The notes beneath the pieces are model-generated. The model was given only the letters and a program-made list of their open reading frames with translations. It was not told the DNA's origin and did not search any database. Below, piece by piece: positions 25,416-38,032 of a stretch of DNA of 64,000 bases; positions within the stretch are counted from its first letter, which is position 1, and each line of letters starts with the position of its first letter. Source of the stretch: Macrostomum hystrix (Eukaryota > Animalia > Platyhelminthes); assembly GCA_950097015.1 (NCBI GenBank), contig CATNEN010000024.1, forward strand, positions 6,324,001 through 6,388,000, read 5' to 3'. The position numbers and the translations under genes are program-made.

Positions 25416-28400
25416 ATGATCGGCGGCCTATTCATCTACAATCACAAAGGCGAAGTATTGATTTCTCGAGTGTACCGAGACGATATTGGCCGCAATGCTA
25501 TTGACGCATTTCGTGTCAACGTCATCCACGCCAGGCAGCAGGTTCGCTCGCCGGTGAATAGCATCGCCAGGACCAGCTTCTTCCATGTTAAGCGGTCGAA
25601 CATCTGGCTCTGCGCTGTGTCCAAGAAGAATCTAAACGCCGCTTTGGTGTTTCAATTCCTCTATAAAATTATCGAAGTTATGAATTCTTACTTTGGCAAG
25701 CTGAACGAAGAGAATATTAAGAATAATTTTGTGCTGATCTACGAACTCTTGGACGAGCTTCTAGACTATGGCTATCCGCAGAACACTGACACTGGCGTGC
25801 TCAAGACCTTCATCACACAGCAGGGTGTGAAGTCTCAGACTAAGGAGGAGACGTCAAAGATTACTAACCAGGTAGGATAGAGCTTTGGAGCTTGAAATAT
25901 TATGATTGTTAATTGATAGGCTGCTATTTAAGAGTTCTTTCTAAAATATGTGGGCTTGATTCTTGAATGGTGAGAGTTCAGTGTTGTATATCTGTCCTGA
26001 GGCATTAAAGTTCAGTATTTAGTTTCATTCCTGAAGAATTAAAGTTCAGTATTTGGTTTCATTCCTGAAGAATTAGAGTTCAGTATTTAGTTTCATTCCT
26101 GAAGAATTAGAGTTCAGTATTTAGTTTCATTCCTGAAGGATTAGAGTTCAGTATTTAGTTATCGTCCTGAAGGATTCGACTTCAGTATTTTTGTTATTGT
26201 CCTGAAGAATTAGAGTTCAGTATTTAGTTATCGTCCTGAAGGATTCGACTTCAGTATTTTGTTATCGTCCTGAAGAATTAGAGTTCAGTATTTAGTTATC
26301 GTCCTGAAGGATTCGACTTCAGTATTTAGTTATCGTCCTGAATGATTCGACTTCAGTATTTTGTTGTCGTCCTGAAGAATTAGAGTTCAGTATTTAGTTA
26401 TCGTCCTGAAGGATTCGACTTCAGTATTTAGTTATCGTCCTGAATGATTCGACTTCAGTATTTAGTTATCGTCCTGAATGATTCGACTTCAGTATTTTGT
26501 TGTCGTCCTGAAAGATTGAAGTTCAGTATTTAGTTATCGTCCTGAAAGATTGAAGTTCAGTATTTTGTTATTGTCCTGAAGAATTAGAGTTCAGTATTTA
26601 GTTATCGTCCTGAAGGATTCGACTTCAGTATTTTGTTATTGTCCTGAAGAATTAGAGTTCAGTATTTAGTTATCGTCCTGAAGGATTCGACTTCAGTATT
26701 TTGTTATCGTCCTGAAGAATTAGAGTTCAGTATTTAGTTATCGTCCTGAAGAATTAGAGTTCAGTATTTAGTTATAGTCCTGAATGATTCGACTTCAGTA
26801 TTTTGTTGTCGTCCTGAAAGATTGAAGTTCAGTATTTAGTTATCGTCCTGAAAGATTGAAGTTCAGTATTTTGTTATTGTCCTGAAGAATTAGAGTTCAG
26901 TATTTAGTTATCGTCCTGAAGGATTCGACTTCAGTATTTTGTTATTGTCCTGAAGAATTAGAGTTCAGTATTTAGTTATCGTCCTGAAGGATTCGACTTC
27001 AGTATTTTGTTATCGTCCTGAAGAATTAGAGTTCAGTATTTAGTTATCGTCCTGAAGAATTAGAGTTCAGTATTTAGTTATAGTCCTGAATGATTCGACT
27101 TCAGTATTTTGTTGTCGTCCTGAAAGATTGAAGTTCAGTATTTAGTTATCGTCCTGAAAGATTGAAGTTCAGTATTTAGTTATCGTCCTGAAGGATTAGA
27201 GTTCCGTATTTAGTTCCATTTCTTAAGGATTAGAGTTCAGTATTTAGTTACATTCCTGAAGGATTAGAGTTCAATATTTAGTTATCGCCCTGAAGAATTC
27301 GAGTTCAGTATTTTGTTATAGTCCTGAAGAATTATAGTTCAGTATTTTGTTATAGTCCTGAAGGATTAGAGTTCAGTATTTTGTTATAGTCCTGAAGGAT
27401 TAGAGTTCCGTATTTAGTTCCATTTCTTAAGGATTAGAGTTCAGTATTTAGTTACATTCCTGAAGGATTAGAGTTCAATATTTAGTTATCGCCCTGAAGA
27501 ATTCGAGTTCAGTATTTTGTTATAGTCCTGAAGAATTATAGTTCAGTATTTTGTTATAGTCCTGAAGGATTAGAGTTCAGTATTTTGTTATAGTCCTGAA
27601 GGATTAGAGTTCAGTAGCCGTGGCCCGCCTGACTCACCCGCAGGTGACAGGCCAGATTGCCTGGCGCCGGGAAGGCCTCAAATATCGACGGAACGAGCTC
27701 TTCCTAGATGTTGTCGAGTCCGTGAACCTGCTGATGTCGCCGCAGGGCCAGGTTCTGTCCGCTCACGTGTCCGGTCGGGTGCTAATGAAATCTTACCTGT
27801 CCGGCATGCCAGAGTGCAAATTCGGCATTAACGACAAGGTGATTGTGGACAGCAAGCGGACAGAAGCCTCGGCATCGGCTTCTGGCGGCGGCGGTGGTGG
27901 CGGCGGTCGCTCCGGCCACATCGCCATTGACGATTGCCAGTTTCACCAGTGCGTCAAGCTGAGCAAGTTTGACACTGAGCACGCCATCTCATTCATACCG
28001 CCTGACGGCGAATTCGAACTCATGCGCTACCGCAGCACCAAGGATATTAGCCTGCCGTTTCGCGTCATTCCACTAGTCCGCGAGATCGGCCGCACCAAGA
28101 TGGAAGTCAAAGTGGTGGTTAAGAGCAATTTCAAGCCCTCCCTGCTGGCCCAGAAGGTTGAGGTGCGCATTCCGACGCCCTTAAACACTAGCGGCGTCCA
28201 GGTGATCTGCATGAAAGGTAATGCCAGGTACAAGGCGTCGGATAATGCCATTGTTTGGAAGATTAAACGCATGGGCGGCATGAAGGAGTGGCAGCTAAGC
28301 GCCGAAATTGACCTGCTGAGCGCCACCGACAAGGCCAAGAAGTGGACCAGGCCGCCGATCTCCATGAACTTCGAGGTGCGTTGTGTGTTTTTCCTTTTCG

Positions 28401-30002
28401 AATAATTCTTGAAGCCTAGCCATGTGCCAGCTTGAAAAATACTGCTGTGTTCTTGAGCTAGAAAAACAAACAGTTCTTGACTGCTTCAGTTCAGCCAGCT
28501 GTAAACTAAGTACCTTGGTGCATTGGTGCCAGGGTAGAAAATTTAAATATTGAACTGGCAGCCTCCCCAGTCTAATGTCCACAGACTGTACACACCCTTT
28601 AGAAGCGCCGTACGACATCTGGCCGGAAGTGTACTTGACAATTTATAAGAGACTTGTGAATGGCGACTTGTGAATGCTATCTTAAGTAGCCTAAGCTAAG
28701 GTTCCTTTACTCCATCGTCCATTATAAAAACTGATAGTTGCTGTGTCGTGCTATTGGTGGCTCCTAAAAGAGCCATTTTAGTAAAAAAATGACTATTTTT
28801 ACACGCTACTGTGACTAGGCTGGCATTTACGCGCTATTCTTGCTTCTGATTGGCTGAGCTGCTCGTTGCTTGTAATAGCGATCGTGACGTTTTTAACGGT
28901 TTTACGAATTATGAAAAATACTACTCGTAATTTGCGCGATTTCGCTTTTTTATGGTTCATAACCACATATTTTGTGGTTCAAGCGAACCCACAAATATTG
29001 CCTTAAGGCTTAAGCTAAGCAATATAACGATATCAAATGAAGAGAAAGTAAGATTACGCACATCTATTGGGTCTGTACGGCATGGCATATAAGTTTACTG
29101 ACCCCACTATAGCTTTAGTTAATCTAAATGATAATTTGGACATTCAAAACGATAATGGCTATGGATTTCACTATCCTCTAAGTAAACCTCGCCGCAAGAG
29201 AGCATAGACGTTTGGACAACCAAAACGAGAAAGGGGCATTCAAAACAAGAATGAACTCAGGCACTCAGAAGAAAATCCACCCTTTCGACCATAGACTAGA
29301 GACAATTCCAAAATGATTAAGCTCGGAAGGGAAAGCTGGAAAACTCCCTTGCCTTGCTCTCCTCCTGTTTGCTTTTCTCTCGCTTCTTTCATAGCTATTT
29401 CTTGTTGCTGTTTTTCAAATGCCCCCACCAATATCCTCAGTCGGCAGGCACCACTTGGTGTCTGCTATTATAGAGCAAGGGGAAACACTAAAAGCCGCAG
29501 CAGCCATCCTGCAAGTGCCGATTGCAACTGCGTATAGAATTATGCGAGCATATACGAAAGGGTTCAGGCGTTACCAAGAGGTGGTAAAAAGGAGTCGTGC
29601 AAAAATGATTACATATACTGTACATAAAAAATGTTTGACTGTTTGGTTGTTAAACTGTTTTGCCTTCCTAATTCTCTTTTTGATTGCCGCTTTCTCATTT
29701 CTCCTTAACTCTATGGCTGAATAGCTGAGCTGCGCGCGGCAGACCCATCCGATAGCATGAGACCACAGACATTATCGTTTTGAATGTCCGAATCATCATT
29801 TAGATTGACAATAGCGATACTTACTGACATCTGAAGGTCGTTGAAACTCTGCTCTCAAATTCTCCAGGTGCCGTTCGCCACCTCCGGCTTCAAAGTGCGC
29901 TACCTGAAGGTGTTCGAATCCAAGCTGAATTATTCGGATCACGACGTGATTAAATGGGTCAGGTATATTGGCAAAAGCGGCCTGTATGAGACCAGGTGTT
30001 GA
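25416..30002 (+). CDS. AP2M1: AP-2 adaptor complex subunit mu (440 aa)
   Basis: Exons 25416-25871, 27644-28375 and 29868-30002, all phase 0. Sequence runs [28 protein letters not shown]...[23 protein letters not shown]...[18 protein letters not shown]. Confidence 0.98.
26005..27615. repeat. 34-bp minisatellite filling AP2M1 intron 1, ~47 copies
   Basis: Unit gagttcagtatttagttatcgtcctgaagaatta. Higher-order blocks of ~306 bp and 204 bp. Ends 28 nt before the acceptor. Confidence 0.96.
29110..29817 (+). mobile_element. Non-autonomous Tc1/mariner/IS630-like DNA transposon (deletion derivative) in AP2M1 intron 2
   Basis: Imperfect TIRs of at least 48 bp (tagctttagttaatctaaatgataatttggacattcaaaacgataatg versus the inverse ending at 29817), TA on both flanks, and an internal HTH-like ORF remnant from 29419 ([33 protein letters not shown]). 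Confidence 0.75.
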
Positions 30003-32164
30003 AGAAATACCTCTTCAATTTGCAATGATGAGGCGCACGGAACAAGCAATGCCTACTCCACTCGAAAACATGTTATTTTAAATCAATTTTGAGACGATTC
30101 CAGTGAAAAAAACTTATCCTTCAGTTATATCTGTGCAATATGTAGAATTGTAGAACTCTATCTTTAATATTTGCCTACTTATTTGATTTCATAAATTAGG
30201 CAAGTAATATCTAGAAATGAAAAGCAAAAGTAAATTAGACAATATAACAACATTTTTTCGTTTCGACAATATTATCTATTACAAATAAATATGTATGTCC
30301 CATTGCACGTATCATGCTACTCCTTTTATAAGTAGTCTATATATGCTGATTAATCAGTTTTTTTTCAATCCAATTGTCTGCCAATGAGTTTTTCATTTAT
30401 TTATAACAATTAACTTGATTTCAGCAAACTATTTTTATACTTCTATATTTATTCCATAGGTCTATTCATTCTCTTAAAGTTCTGCGACCTGCAACAAACG
30501 AATTATAGCCTATGATGAAATTATTTTCTGTCCGTTTTGTTCGTCCTGTTTATTTTTTGTTAATCTGAGAATTAGCTGATGCAGTCCATCCCGATTATGC
30601 AGAGCTTTCTGCCTTGCCAAAATAATAGACTAATTCATTTATCTGCTTATTTATTTGATCTGTTTATTTAAAACACTGGATCATTGATTGAATGTTGTGA
30701 TTCTTTGGTCGATTACTTGCATTCAAGTTTTGTCGTAAGATATATCATATATTTGTTTTTCGTTAACCGACAAACCTACCAATAAATATTACGCACTTTC
30801 ATGGTTGTCATCATGTATGTGTTACAAATTGCTCAATTATGAACTTCTCTGGCTATTATAATATGTCTATATATTCTACTGGTCCGATAATTGAATCATT
30901 GTTGCACTTTCTGTTTTTGTGCTTCCCGTAAAATTTTCTGTTAAGTTAACAATTTTTTTTAAATAAATTGTTTTTTTAGTTGATTTTGCATCCTAGATAA
31001 TACAAAAATTTTCTTTCGAGAATAGTTGCTATTGCTCTTTTTTATTTTGAAATCATTTACAAATTTTTATTTCTTTTCGTGTTAATTTTTATTAAAATTA
31101 GAATCTGTAACTACACAAGGTTGCATAACTACACAAGGCACCAGCACTTTAATTGCAGTTTGCTGAGAAAACTATTGCTCTTATTATTCATGCTTGGTTT
31201 TCTGAAAAGCTTTGTCAGCTAAAATTAGACAATCTAATGAAAATTTCGATTGTTTAATCAGATGCGCATTAATAAGTATAAGAATAACTAAAAACTGTCT
31301 GTTTGAAGGCTTTTTACCTTCGTTTTTTCGGGGTCGTTTTTTCTGAAGCATCCTGGACGAGTGACAAATTGGGTTAAAGGGCCTAGATGAAAAATTCGCT
31401 TGGTGCCTGCCCCCTTACTCCCGTGAAAAAGAGGATGGTCGCCCTCCGCCCTCCTATGGTTGCGTCAGTGAAAAATGGCGAGACCTTTGTTCGAAAAATG
31501 TGGTACAAAAGTCGTAGCGACAAAGTCAGAAATAACGACAACCTATGAACGATACGTGCGACTATTATAAGTAAGTATTATAACAAGAACAAATACGAAA
31601 CGCGCTAAAAAGCGTTTCTTATCAAATGTAGCATTCTTTAAGATTATTGAAATAACATGTCTCGTGAAACGTTCTTAGGCATATATTTTTGTAATATAGA
31701 TAGTTTTGCGAGGGCAATATTTTAATTTCTTAGGTTTCCGCAACAGCTGTGGCATTAAAGCATTTCTAAATTTAACGTATTTTTCTACCCTTTCTTAACT
31801 TGATTTTAATATTAACCAAACGGTCGTGTGTTCTCTTAAAAATGTATTTTTAAGTAGAAACAACGAATAGACACGCACTTAGCAGAAACGCTAAGAACCA
31901 GAAGTAAGTGCTGTAACTACTAACTAAAGAAATACAAAAATACAAGTATATTATTTTAAAGGCTTATGCCTCAGAAGTTTGAATAAAATATAGGCTGTAT
32001 AGATATTTAGTTTTATTTTTGTATCTTACACCAGAAACAAACTTTAGTCTATAGCTACTAGTCTTATTCTCAGGCTTTGATTCTTAGGATTGCATGCATG
32101 TAGACATAGATGCAAGAATTATATATATAAAACAATCTGTCTCACTCTCATTTTAGATCTAGCC

Positions 32165-35100
32165 ATGTCGATGAACCAAGGGTCACTGGATTCTCTGCTG
32201 TCCTGGGTAAGATCCGTTGGCTTTGATGCCTTTTGCTGGCATTCTTTATAGTAGCCAAGGAACAAATGATTAAATAATAACTACTTTACTTTTTCTTGTT
32301 ATATACAATTTACATTTGAATGATAAGGTTAGTTAAAAAAAATTTAAAGCAAATATATATTCTTCAAAACTTACACTAACCACTTGAATTTCTCTTTTAT
32401 ATAATTTTTGATTATATAAAACCATAATGCTTAGTACTAGGGGTATAGCTATTCACAACCATAAATTGTTTGCTATAAAATACTAATTAACACAGTATAT
32501 TGTCTGTCAAGTATAATATTTTTTGCTTAAAAAATAATTTTAGGTAGGAACATTCTTACCAGATCGCCATCAGTTGCAATATGAGGATCTGATTGAGCAG
32601 ACCTTTCTTTTTGATGTTCTTCGAAAATTGTAAGTCTTTTGTTTGTTTTTAAAAGAAGCTACTATGCCTCCCCTTAAAAAATAAATTTAGCGACCACTAT
32701 TTCAAGTTGTCATGAACTAAATTAAATCATATGAATTTATCATTCAGAGACTCGAGAACTCTATGGGCAGAGCCAATCAGTGAATGCACAGATCTGGCTA
32801 GCCAGATACACAATGCCTCAATTATATTTGTTCAACTGCTCACCTGCTATGCTGTAAGTTACTATTAAATGAAAAACCTATGTTAAAGTCATTTTAAGCT
32901 CAATAAACGAATAAATTAGATGAATAACACAAGGGCATTAATATCAGTCATCAGGTTAACTTGCTTTCTTTCTCAAATACTACCAGGAGACGTTCAATCA
33001 GACAGTCCTGCTGCCTATGCTTGATCTTAGCGCCTACGCCAACTATAAAGAGGACTTCGGTATGTACCTATTGTAGCCTGTGTGCCTAGATTCATTCACA
33101 GTTGTATTTTTCCCCGAGTCTCTGACAACTCACTTCCCACGGTTTTATCCTACCGAACTGGCAGCGGCCTCGCAGCAGGAGATGCACCGACTGCTGATGC
33201 TGCTCCTTGGCGTGGCCATTCAGTGCAAGCGCAAGGACGAGTTCATTGCCGTGATGGAAACACTGCCGGAGGACACCCAGGAAGACATCATGGAGAACTA
33301 CAGAACTGTGAGCCCACGATTAGACAAAATTTTAGAAAAAGTGCAAAATCTACTTAAAAATGGAATTTATAATTTCGCTCTCCGCTTCGCGCAGCTGGCA
33401 CAGCAGCTGGTCCGCTTGGACTCGGCTGCGGACTCTCGAAACGGAGGCGCCGGCGTCCTGCGCAAGTGCTGCGCTGACAGGCTCGAGTGCTTCAAGGTGA
33501 GCGCGACTGGCGCAATTTTTTTGCGAGCATTCGATGATTATAGGCAACTCTCCTGTCTTTAGCAAGATTATAGGCAAGATCCCCTTCGAGTCATTTGAAT
33601 CCCCTTCGAGTCATTTGAATCCCCTTCCCGTGATTTGAATCCCCTTCGAGTCATTTGAATCCCCTTAGAGTCATTTGAATCCCCTTCGAGTCATTTGAAT
33701 CCCCTTCGAGTCATTTGAATCCCCTTCCCGTCATTCGAATCCCCTTCCACTCATTAGAATCCCATTCGAGTCATTCGAATCCCCTTCCCGTCATTCGAAT
33801 CCCCTTCCACTCATTAGAATCCCATTCGAGTCATTCGAATCCCCTTCCCGTGATTTGAATCCCCTTCGAGTCATTTGAATCCCCTTCGAGTCATTTGAAT
33901 CCCCTTCCGGTCATTCGAATCTCCTTCCAGTCCTTCGAATCCCCTTCCGGTCATTCGAATCCCCTTCCAGTGATTAGAATCCCATTCCAGTCATTAGAAT
34001 CCCCTTCCAGTCATTAGAATCCCCCGTCATTCGAATGACCATCCAGCTATTCTAGTGATTCGAATCACCGGCAGTCAGTTTTCAGTCAATTTTCAGTCAT
34101 CTCGATACTCTTGTATTCCAGTTAAATCCTATTCTTAAATCAGTTTCTAGCCCTTCTAGAAATACCCTTCTAGTCTTATAAATCAAATTCCTGCTGTTTA
34201 GCTCTATTGCAAAAATTAATTTTTTTAATTCCACAACACGCAACCGCAGAAGTACAGCGAAGCAGTCGAGGAGAAGTGCTACATGGAGACGATGTTGCTG
34301 GCGTCCCAGTCTACAGAGGGTGAAAACGCAGCCGAGCCGCAGCACCCTTCTTCCAGTCCGGAAGCGGCCAATCAGCGTTTGGCTCAACTGGCTGCCCAGC
34401 TGGAAGCCAAGGCGGCCGAGGCCAGTCGCTTGGGCGAGAAGCTGCAGCGTCAAAAGGACAAAGTGCGCAGGCTGAAGACTGTCGCCGCCAAGGTGAGCTG
34501 GGAGAGTTAAAGACAAGATCCACAAGGGATCTTCATGAAGTTTTGGTTACTTATGATGATTTGCTTCTCATGATTGCAACTCTCATCAGTGTCTCATGAT
34601 TGCAACTCTCATCAGTGTCTCATGATTGCAACTCTCATCAGTGTCTCATGATTGCAACTCTCATCAGTGTCTCATGAATGCAACTCTCATCAGTGTCTCA
34701 TGATTGCAACTCTCATCAGTGTCTCATGATTGCAACTCTCATCAGTGTCTCATGATTGCAACTCTCATCAGTGTCTCATGATTGCAACTCTCACCAGTGT
34801 CTCATGATTGCAACTCTCATCAGTGTCTCATGATTGCAACTCTCACCAGTGTCTCATGATTGCAACTCTCACCAGTGTCTCATGATTGCAACTCTCATCA
34901 GTGTCTCATGATTGCAACTCTCACCAGTGTCTTATGATTGCAACTCTCACCAGTGTCTCATGGTTGCAACTCTCATCAGTGTCTCATGATTGCAACTCTC
35001 ATCAGTGTCTCATGATTGCAACTCTCATCAGTGTCTCATGATTGCAACTCTCACCAGTGTCTCATGATTGCAACTCTCATCAGTGTCTCATGATTGCAAC

Positions 35101-36608
35101 TCTCATCAGTGTCTCATGATTGCAACTCTCATTAGTGTCTCGTGATTGCAACTCTCATCAGAGTCTCATGATCTTCAAATTTCAGGCCAACTCAGCCACA
35201 GCAGGCGGTGTTAAAATCGGCGCCCTTAACGATGAAATCGAACGGCTGAAGGACAAGATTAGCAAGTTTGAGAACATGGAGAAAGAGGTGTACACACTGA
35301 GGCAGCGTCAGACAGAATTCGACTTCTACAAGACTAGAGTGCAGGTGCGCTTTTATGAAGTGATCCTGCATTTTTTGTTATTTTTTACGTAATCCTTAAC
35401 ACGATGCTATTTACACTACTCACAGTAGTGTCTAATTGAACTGCTTAAAAATTTGACAGGAGCTGCGCACAGAAAACAGTCAGCTTGTGGAGGAGCGGCA
35501 GCACTTCGAGGAGCTGCTAGCCAGCAGTCGACGCAAAGAGGAGGACGTCATCGAGCGCCTAGTCGAGTGCCAGATGCGCTACGATGAACTGGCCGGCCAG
35601 CGTGAGGCCGAGGCTGAGAGGTCGCGCCAAGCACTGGAGGCGGCCACGTCGACAGGCGGCGAGCAGGCGGTGGCTCGAATCCGCGAACTGGAGGCTGAAC
35701 TGGATCGAGTTCGAGCTTCGGCCGGGTCCAATGCAGCGTCCAGCGCTGACGACAAGCAGGTGAGCTGTTTTTTTTTTAATTCTTTTTTCTCGTAAATGTT
35801 TTGTGTGTTATGTTAGCGATCGATGTTAGCAGTAGAATTATAGACATTTCAATTTCAATTTAAACGCAGGAGCGTTGGAAATTTCTCGAAGTTAAGAAGG
35901 AGCTGGTTCAGACAAGGCGCGACCTGACCAAGGCCCGCAAACAGAACGAGGCCGATATGCAGCGGGCACGCAAGGCGGAGGCGCAGCTCGAAGCGGCAAT
36001 GAAAGCCGGCTCGGACCGGGAGCAGGAGCTCATTGGCACTAGGCAGTCTCACGAGGAGCACGTGCGCGATTTGGAGCGCCGAATTCACGAGCTGACCAAT
36101 CAGATCGTACTGCTGAAGCGCAAGGGCTCCGAAGCTATGAAAGGCCTGAGAGAAGCCGAGCTAGCCGAGATGGAGGTCATGTTCCAATCGGTGCAGGAGC
36201 TAACTTCTCAGGTTGGTTTTTGAGTTCTATTTGAGTATGTAGGTGTCATTCATATCGTATAATTTCCAATTCAGTAAATCTTGATTGATGACTTTTGCCC
36301 AGGTGGCCAGGCTGAAGAACAACAACAAAATTCTTCGCCAGTCGTGCGACAAGCTCAAATCCGAGGTCTACAAGATATTTACCATCGAGCAGGAGAACGA
36401 GCGCCTACTGGCTGAGAATAGGGAGCTGCGCAAGGTGAAAGCCACCGAGTCCACCGCCCAGGACGAATGGGAACTGGTGCGCAAGAAGAATCTGCAGCTG
36501 GAGGTTGAGAACAAGAAGCTGCGTCGCATTGTGGAGTCCTTAAAGATGACGCTGGTTCAGATTGATCCCTACAACAAGATGCGCTACCACTACATCACTT
36601 CGCTGTGA
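32165..36608 (+). CDS. Hook/Girdin (CCDC88)-family protein: N-terminal Hook domain plus coiled coil (633 aa)
   Basis: Eleven exons: 32165-32206, 32544-32629, 32748-32853, 32987-33059, 33165-33307, 33395-33496, 34250-34492, 35186-35344, 35460-35759, 35870-36211, 36303-36608, with consistent phases. LLSWVGTF, IHNASII and EMHRLLMLLLGVAIQCKRKDEFI match the Hook/Girdin N-terminal domain. Confidence 0.8.
33578..34035. repeat. 20-bp minisatellite in intron 6 of the Hook/Girdin-like gene
   Basis: Unit gaatccccttcgagtcattt. Confidence 0.93.
34567..35172. repeat. 26-bp minisatellite in intron 7, ~23 copies
   Basis: Unit catgattgcaactctcatcagtgtct. Ends 13 nt before the acceptor. Confidence 0.96.
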
Positions 36609-36664
36609 TTTACCTGCCCAAGCTGTAAACTTGATGACTCCATTGCGATTTACTTAATTGCAGG

Positions 36665-37050
36665 ATTTGGGAGAATTGAATATATCCAACTCTGAAGATT
36701 TGGGAGAATTGAATATATCCAACTCTGAAGATTTGGGAGAATTGAATATATCCAACTCTGAAGATTTGGGAGAATTGAATATATCCCAGTCAGAGGATCT
36801 GGGATAATTGAATATATCCCAGTCTGAGGATCTGGGAGAACTGAGTATATCCCAGTCTGAGGATCTGGGAGAAGTGAGTATATCCCAGTCTGAGGATCTG
36901 GGAGAACTGAGTATATCCCAGTCTGATGATCTGGGAGAACTGAGTATATCACAGTCTGAGGATCTGGGAGAACTGAGTATATCCCAGTCTGAGGATCTGG
37001 GAGAACTGAGTATATCCCAGTCTGATGATCTGGGAGAAGTGAATTTATCC
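36665..37050. repeat. 33-bp minisatellite with internal inverted repeat just after the stop codon (probable 3' UTR)
   Basis: Unit tatcccagtctgaggatctgggagaactgagta with a tcccag/ctggga stem. Confidence 0.92.
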
Positions 37051-38032
37051 CAGTTTGATAATTTTGGGACTATTTGCTACTGTACATATTGCATAAATTT
37101 GATGGAGCCTACGCTTAAGATGTAAATAAACTATATAGACTCTAAAAATTATATATTTGCATAGTTAAATTGCTATTTCTATCTGGTTTTCTATCAGGAC
37201 AAAAGTTGTAAAATAATGTTTTATATTTAAGCTTACTTGGATTACGCGCTTAGTAAAAGCTTAAGCATGAATAGCATGAAAATCATTTTTTGTGTTTCTC
37301 TGAAATCTGTACACATTCCTTACACAAAAATATTTGTTTAATATTTTAATAAAACAACTCAGTGATTGCGTTCGTCATTTATGATTTCTCTTGTTTAAAT
37401 TCCTCAATTTATTAAACAGTGCACAAGTATTTCACGTTCAGACTAGCTAAGATTATCTTATTGCATTTCATGATGCTTGCTTGTTTACATTCTCTTACAC
37501 TTCAGCAGCCACACATTATTCATAGAAAAACTGCATCTAGGAAGTAGAGGTTAAATTAAGCTCGGATTTGAAACATTTGAGTATTTTTATTTCAAATATA
37601 TTTCAAATGATTTCCGACATACATTAGAAAATCTAAAGCTGGACTGTCGCTATGGCAATAAATAAATAGAGTGAAAATTCTAATTAAATAGGTTTCTTTT
37701 TCATTACTTCATGCATATTCAATGTTCCTTTGCAGATGATCTACTGAATGTAGTTAACCTTTATTAAAACACAGAACACGCAGGTACGCAAAGCTTTAAG
37801 CGTGCCTGCAATTGAACTAGAAAAAGGACTGATATGGCATTCAAATGAATGATTTAATCAGATAGGAAAAATTTCTCATTGGATTTAGTGTTCCAAACAA
37901 ACAAATAGGCTGTTGTGGGCAGAAGATCGGCACTTTTTCCGTCGATATCCTGAAGTTAACGGAATAACGGTTATAGGGCGCTACTTTGTGCGATCATTAA
38001 AAGTTAAATGAAAGAGCCACTCGATTTTAAAC

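Noticed and set aside
26005-27615. CRISPR-like appearance of the 33-46-bp palindromic repeats
   Set aside because: Units are head-to-tail with no unique spacers, the context is eukaryotic introns, and there are no cas genes.
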